From the human T2T-CHM13v2.0 reference genome, Homo sapiens, in the NCBI RefSeq assembly GCF_009914755.1, contig NC_060925.1: a DNA stretch of 64,000 nucleotides; one strand, written 5' to 3'. Below, one piece after another: positions 1 through 15,239 of this stretch (the first letter of the stretch is position 1; each line of letters opens with the position of its first letter). The translations under genes were made by a program, and so were the position numbers. The notes under the pieces were generated by a model that was not told the DNA's origin, searched no databases, and was given only the letters and a program-made list of their open reading frames with translations.

Positions 1-1074
1 GGGAATTTGTTACCGAAGCCATAAGAAGTGGGTACACGCCCTGAGCCTCCCACACTTGCTCACCTGTCCTGAGATGAGAATCTCTACTCTGCAGCATATT
101 TGGAGGATCACTGCGGGGGCCACAGAGGTGCTGTTCAGATGGCACTTCAGAAGACTCAGGAGACCCTGGGGCAGGAGCAGTTTGACTGACAGCCCAGAGG
201 GCTGCCCTCTGATTCCACCTGAGGCCCTGCTTTTCCTGGCTGCAGGGGTTCCAGGGCCAGGCCATTTCCGCTGGCGCAGGACTCTGCTAGCAGCAACCTG
301 CCTGAAGTCTTCCTTTGGCCTGGCTGAGAGTTTCTGAGACCTGCGCTGGAGCGGAGGTGCTTCCTTCCTTGCTTCCTTTCTTCCTCTCTCCCTTCTCCAT
401 CCAGCAGGCTGGACCTGCCTGGCATCTGTGAGCTCTCCCTACTTTCTCCTATACCCTAACCTTTGTCCTGCATGGGCGACTCCCCCAGTGAGTCTCTTGC
501 AGCTTTTACCCCAGTGCCTGCTTCTTGGAGAATCCAAACTGATCCAGTTAGGGATGATAAAGTGTAGGGTAGGTGCTCGGTGACTGTTTTCTCTGAGGTT
601 GTGACTCGTGTGAGGCAGAAGCAGTCCCCGTGAGCCCTCCTGGTATCTTGTGGAGTGGAGAACGCTTGGACCTGGAGCCAGGAGGCCCAGACATACATCC
701 TGTCCGAGCTGCAGCTTCCTGTCTCTAAAATGAGCCGGCCAGCGCAGGTGGCCAGACATCACTGTTATTCTCCTTTGAGTCTTTAAATCTTGTTGTCTTT
801 CTTGCAGACTCGGTGAGCTGTGAAAGGCTATAATAGGGGCTTTATTTTACACTTTGATACTATTTTTTGAACATTCATATTATTGTTAGATATTGATATT
901 CATATGAAGGAGCAGGATGACTTGGGTCCTTCTTGGCAGTAGCATTGCCAGCTGATGGCCTTGGACAGTTACCTGCCCTCTCTAGGCCTCCCTTTCCTTG
1001 TCTATGAAATACATTATAGAATAGGATGTAGTGTGTGAGGATTTTTTGGAGGTTAAACGAGTGAATATATTTAA

Positions 1075-1329
<255 letters not shown>

Positions 1330-1494
1330 TGATGGGAGGGCTGCCTCTGCCCATATCCCCATCCTGGAGGTGGGTGGGGACTGCCACCCCAGAGCATTGC
1401 AGCTGTACTCCTGGGTTGCACCCCCCCAGCTGTCACTGTCCCCTCCCTGCCATCAGTTGTGGGAAGGGCGTTCATCCATCCAGCCACCTGCTGA

Positions 1495-1698
<204 letters not shown>

Positions 1699-2987
1699 TG
1701 ATGGCCCCAGACGCTGGTCTCTCTCCATCTGGACCTGGCCTGGGAGGTGGCTTGGGATGGGCCCAGGGAGAGCTAATGTCTCCTAACCAAGAATGCTGTG
1801 GCAGCCTCTGCCGCAGAGCCAGAGAACCAGAGTGCCAAGGCTGGCAGGGTTCCCAGTGGCCACGAGTGCAGATGAAGAAACCCAGGCCCCAAGAGGGTCA
1901 TGCAGGTAGCCCAGGGAGTTCAGCCTTGACCCTGGGTCAATGACCTTTCCACAGTTCCACACTGCTCCCCTTTTAAAATCTGGTGATGTCTTTATGTCTT
2001 TTGTTATGTTATCTTCAATGTGGAGGGACTCGAGGTGATCTAAGCAAACTTTTTCTATCTTCTGCTTGCATACCTCTGAGACCAGGGGACTCACTCACTT
2101 GCATGACTGGGCCCTGCAGGTCACACTGGCCAGGCAGATGTGGTGGAGGAACTGGCAGAGGACTTTTTCTAGACTGTGACTACATTTAGTCCACCCAGCG
2201 GCCCCCCTATGAAGTCCAGTTGAGAACTAGGACTCTGGGGGCCTGTGGACAGAGAAGAGGGAGGGTTCTCTCCCTTACTGACTTCCTTCTGTGGCCAGAC
2301 ATTGAGCAAGGCCTCTGTACAGCATGTCCTGGGGCTGGCCTTGCCGTAGCTGCTAAATAGTTGACGAAACCAGTCCAGAGAGGGGAGGTGACTGCCAGGG
2401 TCACACAGCTCAAGCTGGGGAACTCGCTGGGAAAACTGTCAGCTCTGGGCAGCAGCTTGACTTCCATTGTAAGCCCCAGCCCCCAGGGTCAAACACTGGC
2501 TCTGGTGCTGGCAGAGGCAGCCCACTAGCCTGTTTCAAAGGCTGAGAAGGCCCAGGAGTCTGCCCTGTGCTCCACCAGTTCTGCCCTGAGACTTTCCTAC
2601 AGAGTACAGGTTTTGATGTTCAGTTTTAAAGGCAAGAATCAATAACCTTCTGCCCCATCAGGTGACCCCTTGTGCCTGTCCCACCCCTTTATTGACTGAC
2701 CTCGGCTCAGTCAGGTCAGTTCCTGAAGGTCAGTGTGTGGAGGGGAGGCTGTTCTTTCCCAGAAAGGCCTTCCCCAGGCCTGGTGCTCTGGCCTCTGGAG
2801 GACTTCCTGGAGAAGTCCCTTCTTTGGGGTCCCAGTCAGTGTATGGGAAGCCCTTATTGCATGACCTGGCACGGGGCAGGGGCTCAACAGTCACTATTGC
2901 CTTCCTTGCCACTGCCATTTCCTCCTCTGTAAGCAGGTGATTGTGTGTCCAGTCTGAGCACAGAGATAAGCACACAGCAGGTGCTTA

Positions 2988-3386
<399 letters not shown>

Positions 3387-3625
3387 TCACTAGCTGTCTC
3401 CTAGGAGGAGCATGGCTGTGAGATTCCAGCTCCATCCTTGACCACGGCTCCTGGAGACATCTTAGAGGCCAGGATCCAGAAGGCTCCCACACCCCATTTG
3501 ACAGGGGAGAAGCTGTCAGTTCCAGGTCCCCTTGCACATCAGGGCCAGAGCTGCGTTAGGCCTCCAGTCTCCAGGCCACTGGGCCAGAGCTCACAGGCTG
3601 GCAGAGGGTTAGAACTGTTACTGGT

Positions 3626-4031
<406 letters not shown>

Positions 4032-4429
4032 TTATGGTATGGGGGGTCCTAGGCATGGAGTCTTTTAATTCTTTAGACAATCCTGGGAGCAGCTGTCCCT
4101 GTTTCACAGAGGGCGGGGCCACACAGCTGGTGAGTGGGCAGCCAAGACTCTGTTCAAGTTTGTGTGGGTCCAACACTTGCGGCCACGGTGGAGGGGCATC
4201 TGAGCCAGGCCTCAGAGAGTGGCGGGGGGAAGTTGGGTGGGGAAGTGTGCCCTTCTCATTCCTCTGAGGCTCATCCTCTTGGTGCCTCTCTTTCATGGAA
4301 AGGGATAATAAGGTTATTGTGAGGATCCCCTGAGTTCATATATTCAGACGCTTAGACAGAGCCAGGCACAGAGAAGGGCCCGGGGTTGGCTAGTTTGATT
4401 GCTGGTGTAATTGCTAATATCTTCCAGTT

Positions 4430-5124
<695 letters not shown>

Positions 5125-5162
5125 TAGGGGGCGGAGGGCGGAGGGAGGGCGGGCGGGCAGGC

Positions 5163-5198
5163 GGGCTTCTTGTGGCACGTGGGCTTCTTGTGGCACGT
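5163..5198 (+). repeat. Perfect 18-bp tandem duplication (GGGCTTCTTGTGGCACGT)x2
   Basis: Read directly from the sequence. Confidence 0.95.
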
Positions 5199-5750
5199 TC
5201 CTGGAGGCCGAACCCTTCTGGCTTTGGAAGGAGTCGTCAGAGACCCCCGCCATGCGGGAGGCTGGGGAGGAAGGGGCTCGAAACCTCCATCATCGCAGAG
5301 TCTGAATAGCAGTGGCCCCGCCATGCGCCCACGTAGCGGCGCCTACGTAGCCACGCCCCCACGCCCCGTCCTGGCCACTCTCCCTCCTGAAGGTCTTCTG
5401 GTACCCGCCCCCTCCCCATCTCCATCCCCAGGCCCTGCGTCCTCTGCCCAATACTCTTTGGGCCTCCCTGTTGTCCAGCTCTCTCCGCGGCTCCATGACT
5501 GACAACTTGAGCAAGGCTAATGTGAATGGGAGCGGTTGAGGGCTCAGACCTCTCACCCGAGGAACATCCACAGAGTGTGCCGCATGCCCGGTGCAGTGTG
5601 GCTGCGGGGACACAGACACGGAGCCTCGGCCCTGAGGAGCTGGGGGGCAGTGACCGTCCCTCCTCTGACCCACCACTCCTCCAGTGTCAGGACACTGCGG
5701 GTATCTAGGGGAAGGAATCTTGTTCCACTTCAAGTCTGGAACTTCAAGTC

Positions 5751-5777
5751 TGTGTGTGTGCGTGCGCGCGCGCGCGT
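5751..5777. repeat. (TG)5 CGTG (CG)6 alternating purine-pyrimidine tract
   Basis: Read directly from the sequence. Confidence 0.95.
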
Positions 5778-6165
5778 TGGGGGTGGGGGTTGCAGAGCAG
5801 ATGCGTACCTGACAGCGGTAACCTAGGTCCCCCCGGCCTATCAAGGCTTCCCTGGCGGCCGAATTTAAAGGCATCAAGCAAACAAAGCCCAACACATCTC
5901 TGCCTTGTCCTCTCAGTTTCCCCCCGTGGCACTTAGAACCACTTGATACACCGAATAGTTTCCGGTCTATCTCCCCCACTAGGATGTAAACTCCACAGGG
6001 GCATTGGGAATGCTGCCTGGCTATGGTAGGGACAGAGGGGAGCACCAGGGCGGGGCAGGGGTGCCAGAGTTCTGCCTGGGCAGTCAGATTTTCCTTAGGA
6101 GGGGACATTTGAGTGGGACCCAAACAGGTGTATAGCAGTTGTCCAGCCCAGCTGGCAAGGCCTGA

Positions 6166-6699
<534 letters not shown>

Positions 6700-6779
6700 T
6701 AGGAGTTTACCTGGCCGATAAGACAGCAACTACCAAGGCTTAGAGGTGTGAGAGGAGGCTGTCTTACCTCACTGAGTAA

Positions 6780-7160
<381 letters not shown>

Positions 7161-7396
7161 TGACCTTGACAGTCTCTCCCTTCTCCCTTGTCTGTGTAAG
7201 GAGGATGATGCCACCTTAAATAGGATTAAATGAGAATGGGGCTCTGAAAGGGCTGTGCAATATTTTCATAACGTGTTTTTATAGAGACAGTTGAGTATGT
7301 TCTTTAAGCCCTCCTCTCTCCTACCATGAACTAAAGATTTTTGTGGAGGTCCCCTCACTCCCAGCACCCCCTCCTCATCCCAGGCCCTTTTTGCAG

Positions 7397-7545
7397 GTTG
7401 GCAGCTGTTTTGCAGGACTGTGTGGTCAGCACACTCGGGGCCTACACGGATGGCCACAGCCATCGCCCGCTGCGCCCCAGATGAGGAGCTGCTGAGCTGC
7501 TCCAGTTTCTCCAGGAGTGGGAAGCGGCGGGGCGAGCGCATGGAG
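7397..7545 (+). CDS. PCSK9: PCSK9 exon 9 (start of Cys/His-rich domain; Ile474)
   Basis: cag|GTTGGCAG...ATGGAG|gtgact; 149 bp; [49 protein letters not shown]. Confidence 0.98.
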
Positions 7546-7562
7546 GTGACTGTACCCCTCCT

Positions 7563-7564
<2 letters not shown>

Positions 7565-7602
<38 letters not shown>
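7565..7602. repeat. (GT)16 microsatellite at PCSK9 intron 9 +20
   Basis: Read directly from the sequence. Confidence 0.97.
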
Positions 7603-8306
7603 CAGTGCTGGGCCCTCAGGGACCCCCAGCAAGCCCCTCCATCCTCCAGACTCCAGCTCTTCTGTAAGCTTACAGGGCTGGCCAGACCAGGAGTGGGGCA
7701 CTCCTCACTTCACGCGGCTGGGGGCTGCTGGAGAGAGCCACAGCGGGAAGGGTTTCCTAGAGGCTGCAGGACAGTGCTGGATGGATTTTCAATGCTCACC
7801 TGGGTGTGAGCATGCGGCAGGGCCGCGTGAGGGTCAGCGATCTGCTACTCTGGACTCAGCCATCTCTAGGCCCCTCTCACTCAGGTGCTCCATGGTTCTG
7901 GGAGCTGAGAAATCTCAAACCAGCAAAAAAGTGGAATTGATGTTGATGCTACAGGATAGTGCACAGATGCCATCTGGTTGCAGCATTTTGGTGGAAGGGC
8001 AGTGCCCAGCTAGGAGAGTGAGGAGGGGCAGGCATTTCTGGCTTGAGGAGATAGGGTCTTAATGCTCGTGTGAGAGGCAGAGTGGGTGGAGTGGAGCTGG
8101 CTGGATCCTTGCTTTGGCCTCCTGGATTTCTCTCTATCTCCATTTTGAAACCACTCTGTGTTTGGAAGAACTTTTGAGTATTCAGAGCTGCCCACTGGCA
8201 GAACAGTCTTCCTTGGGCAGGAGTGAGCTCCTTGTCCCCAGAAGGCTGGGTCTGGCTGGCCCCTGGCAGGGACACTGATGAGGGTGCTTGAGTTGATCCT
8301 GTCTAG

Positions 8307-8633
<327 letters not shown>

Positions 8634-8639
8634 TGATCC

Positions 8640-9050
8640 ATGAGACTCAAGCCTGACTTGCAGTTCCATACTCTGGTTCTGCCACTTCCATGCCCTTTGA
8701 GCCTGGGCAGGTGACCTTACTTCTCCTCATCTCAGCTTCCTCCTCCATAAGAGGGAAAAAGGTATTACCTGCCTCATTGTGTTGCAAGGAGATGGGCAGC
8801 ATCTAGGGCACTGGCCTGGAGTATCGCAGGTGCTTTGCCTAAGGTGGTGCAGTCCAGGAGAGGCAGCTCCAGAGAGAGGCCCCCGGCTGGGGCTGAAAGG
8901 AGGGCAGACCTCGGTTTGAATTTCACCCTGCCGCTCGATAGCTGTGTGACTTGGGCAAATTACTTAACATCTCTGTATGAGGAAATGATGAGTGCTAAGC
9001 ACTTAGCTTAGTGCCGGGACAATATAAATTCTAGCTATCGTTACTATTGT
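8640..9050. mobile_element. MIR fragments
   Basis: MIR core-like strings such as GCTGTGTGACTTGGGCAAATTACTTAACATCTCTG and CTCAGCTTCCTCCTCCATAAGAGGG; boundaries approximate. Confidence 0.6.
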
Positions 9051-10191
9051 TTTCATCACCCGTTGCTTTAAAATCCAGTCTCTGGTATAGGCAACTATTG
9101 ACGGGCTACCCTGTGTCGAAAACATGCCCAGGCAGGTAGCAGGAAGTCACAGATGGGGACCTCTTGGGGCATCAAGGGATGGTGCCCTGAGGCTGAGCTG
9201 TTCTGGTTGGGTGGAGCATGAGAGGTCTGGGAAGACAGTGGGACTCCAGCCTGGAATAAGAGGCTCAGAGTTGATTCTCGTCTGAGCACGTCCAGGGGAA
9301 CCACTGAGGGTTTGGGAACAGGAGAGTGAGGGTGAGAACCTGGTTCTGGGCACAGCAGGCTGGCATGTAGGATGGATGTTCAGGAAAGATGAGCATAGTC
9401 AGGTGGCTGGTGCCCTTGTCCAGGGGAGAGGCTCCGTCAGGTTCAGGGGTCCTGGCTTGGAGGGAAGTCCGCCATGCTCTAATCACGCTCCCCTTTGGAA
9501 GTGCTCGGCCGATGAGCTCACAGGCACATGTCAGTTTGAAGTCATGGAATCTGACTCCATGAAGCGCACCTCAAAGAGCACCATTTTGCAGCTAAGGGAA
9601 CTGCAGGCTGGACATGCTGAGTGGCTGCCCCGAGCCCTTGCAGCTAGGACATAGAGAATGCTAGTAACCACAACCCTACCATGTTCAGAGCACATGCCAG
9701 GCTCCATGCTGGGGCTTCGCACGTGTCATCTTCACAGTGTCCCTGTGAGTAGGTGTGGTTTCTCTTTCCATCTTACAAATGAGTAAACAGAGCCTCAGTG
9801 TAGCTAAGTAACCACTATTTTAGGTTTCTTAGCCAATGGGTGTGTCTGACTCCTAAGCCCATGGAGGGCATTCTGAGGTGGTTCAGACAGACCCCAGCTT
9901 ACCCTTGAACTTCTGCCTGCTGGCTGCATAGGGAGGGGCTGGGGGGAGTTTGAGCATCTCAGGCCATAGAGCCCCTGCCTCACTGTCTCCATCTCTGGGT
10001 GGAAAGATGGTGTTTTCCCTGAGAAACTAAGGCTCAGAGAGGTTGAATGGCTCTCCCAAGGTCACACAGCTGGTCAGCTGCAGAGTTGAGAACACAGGAG
10101 TCCTGGTGCTCAGGCCAGCATCTCTTTTTTTCTTTGAGTTGTTTCTAGGTTTCCTAGCTCTTGCCTCAGACCTTAAAGAGAGAGGGTCTGA

Positions 10192-10557
<366 letters not shown>

Positions 10558-10746
10558 TAGATGCTGTGGGCAGCTTCCGCCATTGTGTGGACAGCATGTA
10601 TATGTGTCTCTGTGTGGCTGGGTCTGTTTTTGCTTTTGTCCAGATCAGTAAGGTTTGCTACCTGGGTACCCCACTCCACTTGGAGTAGAGTGTGCATAAA
10701 TATGGCATAAAGAAATGCAATATGCATGCATTTATTGATTGATCTA

Positions 10747-10871
10747 TTTTTTTCTGAGATGGGGTCTTGCTGTGTTGCCCAGGCTGGTCTCAAATTCCTG
10801 GGCTCAAGCAATCCTCTGGTCTCAGCCTCCCCAAGTGTTGGGATTATAGGCATGAGCCGCTGCACCTGGCC
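10747..10871 (-). mobile_element. Alu left monomer (FLAM-like)
   Basis: Antisense monomer with poly-T lead, ending ...GCACCTGGCC. Confidence 0.85.
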
Positions 10872-12036
10872 TCTCTGATCTATTTAACAAACCTGCTGGG
10901 AGGGTCTCAGGGTCAGGAGCAGCACTGGGCTCTGAGGACACAGAGCTCACTCAGCCGTGACCCAGAGGGGGTGCCTGAGCTGCATGCTGAAGGTTGTTAG
11001 CATGACCAGCAAGGCAAGAAAAGGCCCTGCCGAGATTAGCAAGGCATGTGCCAAGCCCTGGAATGTGACAGCCGGGCCTTCTAGAAACCTGAGTGTATAA
11101 CTCTCCTTAAAAGCCAGTAGGAGCTCCTTAAAAGGCAGCCCTAAGGAGTCCACTCTTAAATGAACTCAGAGTCAGTTTTAAAATGCAAGTCTGTGTTGAT
11201 TCTGGTCTGGATGGTGCATTCCTCGAGAGCAAAAGACAGTCTTGGTCTTGGATCCACTTGCCCTGGGTACACTGAGGGCTGCTAGGTTCCAGGTGCTCTT
11301 CCTGGCACTGGGGAGGGATACAGGCCCAAGAGACATGCTGTTCTCCCTCCTGGAGCATCTATTTTAGTGGAGGAAGACAGAAAACAAACCATTAATATAG
11401 AGTACTGAAAAGATGCGATGGAGAAAACTATAGCAAGGAAGGGAATGGGGTGGGAGAGAGGTCAGGAGAGGTCTCGCTGACAAGGTGGACGAAACAGGCC
11501 ATGAGGCAGAGAACATGTTCCAGGCAAAGCAAAGGCCCCCAGGTGGGGATGTGCAGGGAGTACCAGGAAACCAGAGAGGTGGGAATAGTTATGAGATGGG
11601 GGGTGCCTCAGAGGGGACAGGGCCAAGTCAGGTGAGACCTGAGGGCCACAGTCAGCAGTGAGCTGGGGCCATGCAGGGGTCTGGCCTCAGAGGAGTGTGG
11701 TCTGGCCTGGATCTGAACCTCTCACTGTGGCCTAGCTGCTGAGCTGAGAAGAGATGACAAGGACCTTGGGCAGAAGCAGGGAGACTGGAGGGAGGCGGTG
11801 GAGGGTCCAGGCGTTGGGGCGGGGCTCAGGCTGGAGTCTGAAGGGAGCCTGCAGGCCTGGTGGGTGGATGTGGGTGGGAGAGGGGGAGGATGGCACCAAG
11901 GCTCGGGCCCCTGGACAGATGGAGTTGCCATTAAGTGGGATGGGGCAGGCTATGGGGCCATCAGTTTCAGAGGGATGAGTTTGGCACTGGCATGGTAGGC
12001 ATCTGTCTATCTCCACGGCCCTCAAACCAGGCATGA

Positions 12037-12468
<432 letters not shown>

Positions 12469-13627
12469 CAGCCCCATCCCAGGATGGGTGTCTGGGGAGG
12501 GTCAAGGGCTGGGGCTGAGCTTTAAAATGGTTCCGACTTGTCCCTCTCTCAGCCCTCCATGGCCTGGCACGAGGGGATGGGGATGCTTCCGCCTTTCCGG
12601 GGCTGCTGGCCTGGCCCTTGAGTGGGGCAGCCTCCTTGCCTGGAACTCACTCACTCTGGGTGCCTCCTCCCCAGGTGGAGGTGCCAGGAAGCTCCCTCCC
12701 TCACTGTGGGGCATTTCACCATTCAAACAGGTCGAGCTGTGCTCGGGTGCTGCCAGCTGCTCCCAATGTGCCGATGTCCGTGGGCAGAATGACTTTTATT
12801 GAGCTCTTGTTCCGTGCCAGGCATTCAATCCTCAGGTCTCCACCAAGGAGGCAGGATTCTTCCCATGGATAGGGGAGGGGGCGGTAGGGGCTGCAGGGAC
12901 AAACATCGTTGGGGGGTGAGTGTGAAAGGTGCTGATGGCCCTCATCTCCAGCTAACTGTGGAGAAGCCCCTGGGGGCTCCCTGATTAATGGAGGCTTAGC
13001 TTTCTGGATGGCATCTAGCCAGAGGCTGGAGACAGGTGTGCCCCTGGTGGTCACAGGCTGTGCCTTGGTTTCCTGAGCCACCTTTACTCTGCTCTATGCC
13101 AGGCTGTGCTAGCAACACCCAAAGGTGGCCTGCGGGGAGCCATCACCTAGGACTGACTCGGCAGTGTGCAGTGGTGCATGCACTGTCTCAGCCAACCCGC
13201 TCCACTACCCGGCAGGGTACACATTCGCACCCCTACTTCACAGAGGAAGAAACCTGGAACCAGAGGGGGCGTGCCTGCCAAGCTCACACAGCAGGAACTG
13301 AGCCAGAAACGCAGATTGGGCTGGCTCTGAAGCCAAGCCTCTTCTTACTTCACCCGGCTGGGCTCCTCATTTTTACGGGTAACAGTGAGGCTGGGAAGGG
13401 GAACACAGACCAGGAAGCTCGGTGAGTGATGGCAGAACGATGCCTGCAGGCATGGAACTTTTTCCGTTATCACCCAGGCCTGATTCACTGGCCTGGCGGA
13501 GATGCTTCTAAGGCATGGTCGGGGGAGAGGGCCAACAACTGTCCCTCCTTGAGCACCAGCCCCACCCAAGCAAGCAGACATTTATCTTTTGGGTCTGTCC
13601 TCTCTGTTGCCTTTTTACAGCCAACTT

Positions 13628-13650
13628 TTCTAGACCTGTTTTGCTTTTGT
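13628..13650 (+). promoter_or_regulatory. PCSK9: Inclisiran siRNA target site
   Basis: TTCTAGACCTGTTTTGCTTTTGT is the exact complement of the inclisiran antisense strand as I recall it (ACAAAAGCAAAACAGGUCUAGAA). Confidence 0.85.
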
Positions 13651-13709
13651 AACTTGAAGATATTTATTCTGGGTTTTGTAGCATTTTTATTAATATGGTG
13701 ACTTTTTAA

Positions 13710-13715
13710 AATAAA
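13710..13715 (+). terminator. PCSK9: PCSK9 polyadenylation signal AATAAA
   Basis: Canonical hexamer after a U-rich tract at the end of the 3'UTR. Confidence 0.9.
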
Positions 13716-14165
13716 AACAAACAAACGTTGTCCTAACTCTTGCATAGACTTGACTGCCTAGGGTGATGCCTTGCTTATACTAGGAACTGGGTAAGTTTGT
13801 TGAATAGTTGAGTAAGCCAAGTATTTGATGAGTACTTGTATCTTGAGTACAAGTATTGGGCAAGTACTGGTGATGTGAACTTACTCCTTGTGCCTATCCT
13901 AGGAATGAAATGAATGTCTTCCTGCAGCTCCCCTGACCACCCTGACAGTCAAAGTGCCTCCTCCTTGGTGACAGGTGCCCTACAGCACTCTAGATGCTCT
14001 GTTGTCCTGACCTCCCAATGCCCTTTTCATTCTTTTCTCCCCAGTACCTGGCACACAGCCTGGCCCGAGTATTTACGGAATAAGTTACAGTGCCAGATGC
14101 TTCTGTAATGAGCCAGTGCTAAGTCCATGGCTTTTTTCATGATTTAAAATTCAGAACAGTCTCAG

Positions 14166-14433
14166 ATTGGGTGCAATGGCTCACACCTGTAATCTCAGTA
14201 CTTTGGGAGGCTGAGGCAGGAGGATTGCTTGTGTTTAGGAATTCAAGACCCTGGGCAACAGTGAGACCCCGTCTCTATAAAAAAATTTAAAAGATTAGCG
14301 AGGTGTGGTAGCACATGCCTGTGGTCCCGGCTACTCAGGAGGCTGACATGGGAGGCTTGCTTGAGCTGGGAGGCTGAGGGTGCAGTGAGCTGTAATTACA
14401 TCATCACTGCACTGCAGCCTGGGTTACAGAGTG
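14166..14433 (+). mobile_element. AluJ-like, diverged, in the PCSK9-USP24 intergenic gap
   Basis: Both arms recognisable; J-type GGATTGCTTG; no A tail. Confidence 0.85.
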
Positions 14434-15239
14434 CATAATGATCCCATTCAATGTGGGACCTCCAGGCCCTCCACTCTAAGGCTGGTGAATATAGCTGTCT
14501 TAAGCAAGTTCTCTCTCTCTCTAGACAGCCCATGTCATAAGGAATCTCAGGCAAAATTCCTCCCAGATTACATTTTCTGACAATTCAGTGTCATATATGG
14601 AAAGCATTCAAGAGTTGACAGATGGCAATGGCTTGAACACCCAACTGTGTTATCTCTGCCCGTTGGAACCTAGGCCTGTGGTGCAACCCTAGACTCTCTC
14701 TCCTTCCCCTCCACAGAATCAAGTATCAGCTGGTTAGAGATCCACACCCTGACAGCTCTGTGATGTTGGAACAACTTGGTTCTTGCAGAGGGTTAGCAGG
14801 TGGTCACCAGGGATCGGGGAGGAAGGGGTGTGGCTTGCAGGAAGGCGAAAATCTGGACTAGCAAATAGGGAAGGGGACCCATGTGAGCAACGCTGGCCAC
14901 TAGGAATGAGACTGAGACCTGTGGGATCTAGCAAGAAGCCCAGTGTGACCAGCGACACGATCTATGCTGGGGACCACTTGGGAGAGCCAAAAGCTTTGGT
15001 GGAGATGAATGGAGACCATCAACCTAAGTTCAGCATCCTCCTCTAAGCTTTGCAGATGAATCCTGAAATGGTCAGCCCCTCCAGAGAAAAGAACAGCAAC
15101 AGGCTCAGAGGACCCACAGTCCCCTTTATTAGTGTAAAGTACTAAGAGGAATCAACAGCATTTAGCACCAGGCACAGGCTCGTGTTCCCCCGCCCACTAC
15201 GGCTGTGTTCTGATATATGAAGAATGGCGGCAAGACTCC

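Larger units (their letters stand above)
12469..13735 (+). other. PCSK9: PCSK9 3'UTR (~1.27 kb)
   Basis: Runs from the stop codon to ~20 nt past the AATAAA; the end is U-rich; exact cleavage site is approximate. Confidence 0.9.

Noticed and set aside
5290-6123. 277-aa minus-strand ORF, the longest in the track
   Set aside because: It lies in GC-rich intron 6, where stops are rare by chance, crosses a microsatellite (ARARTHTH) and has no recognisable domain.
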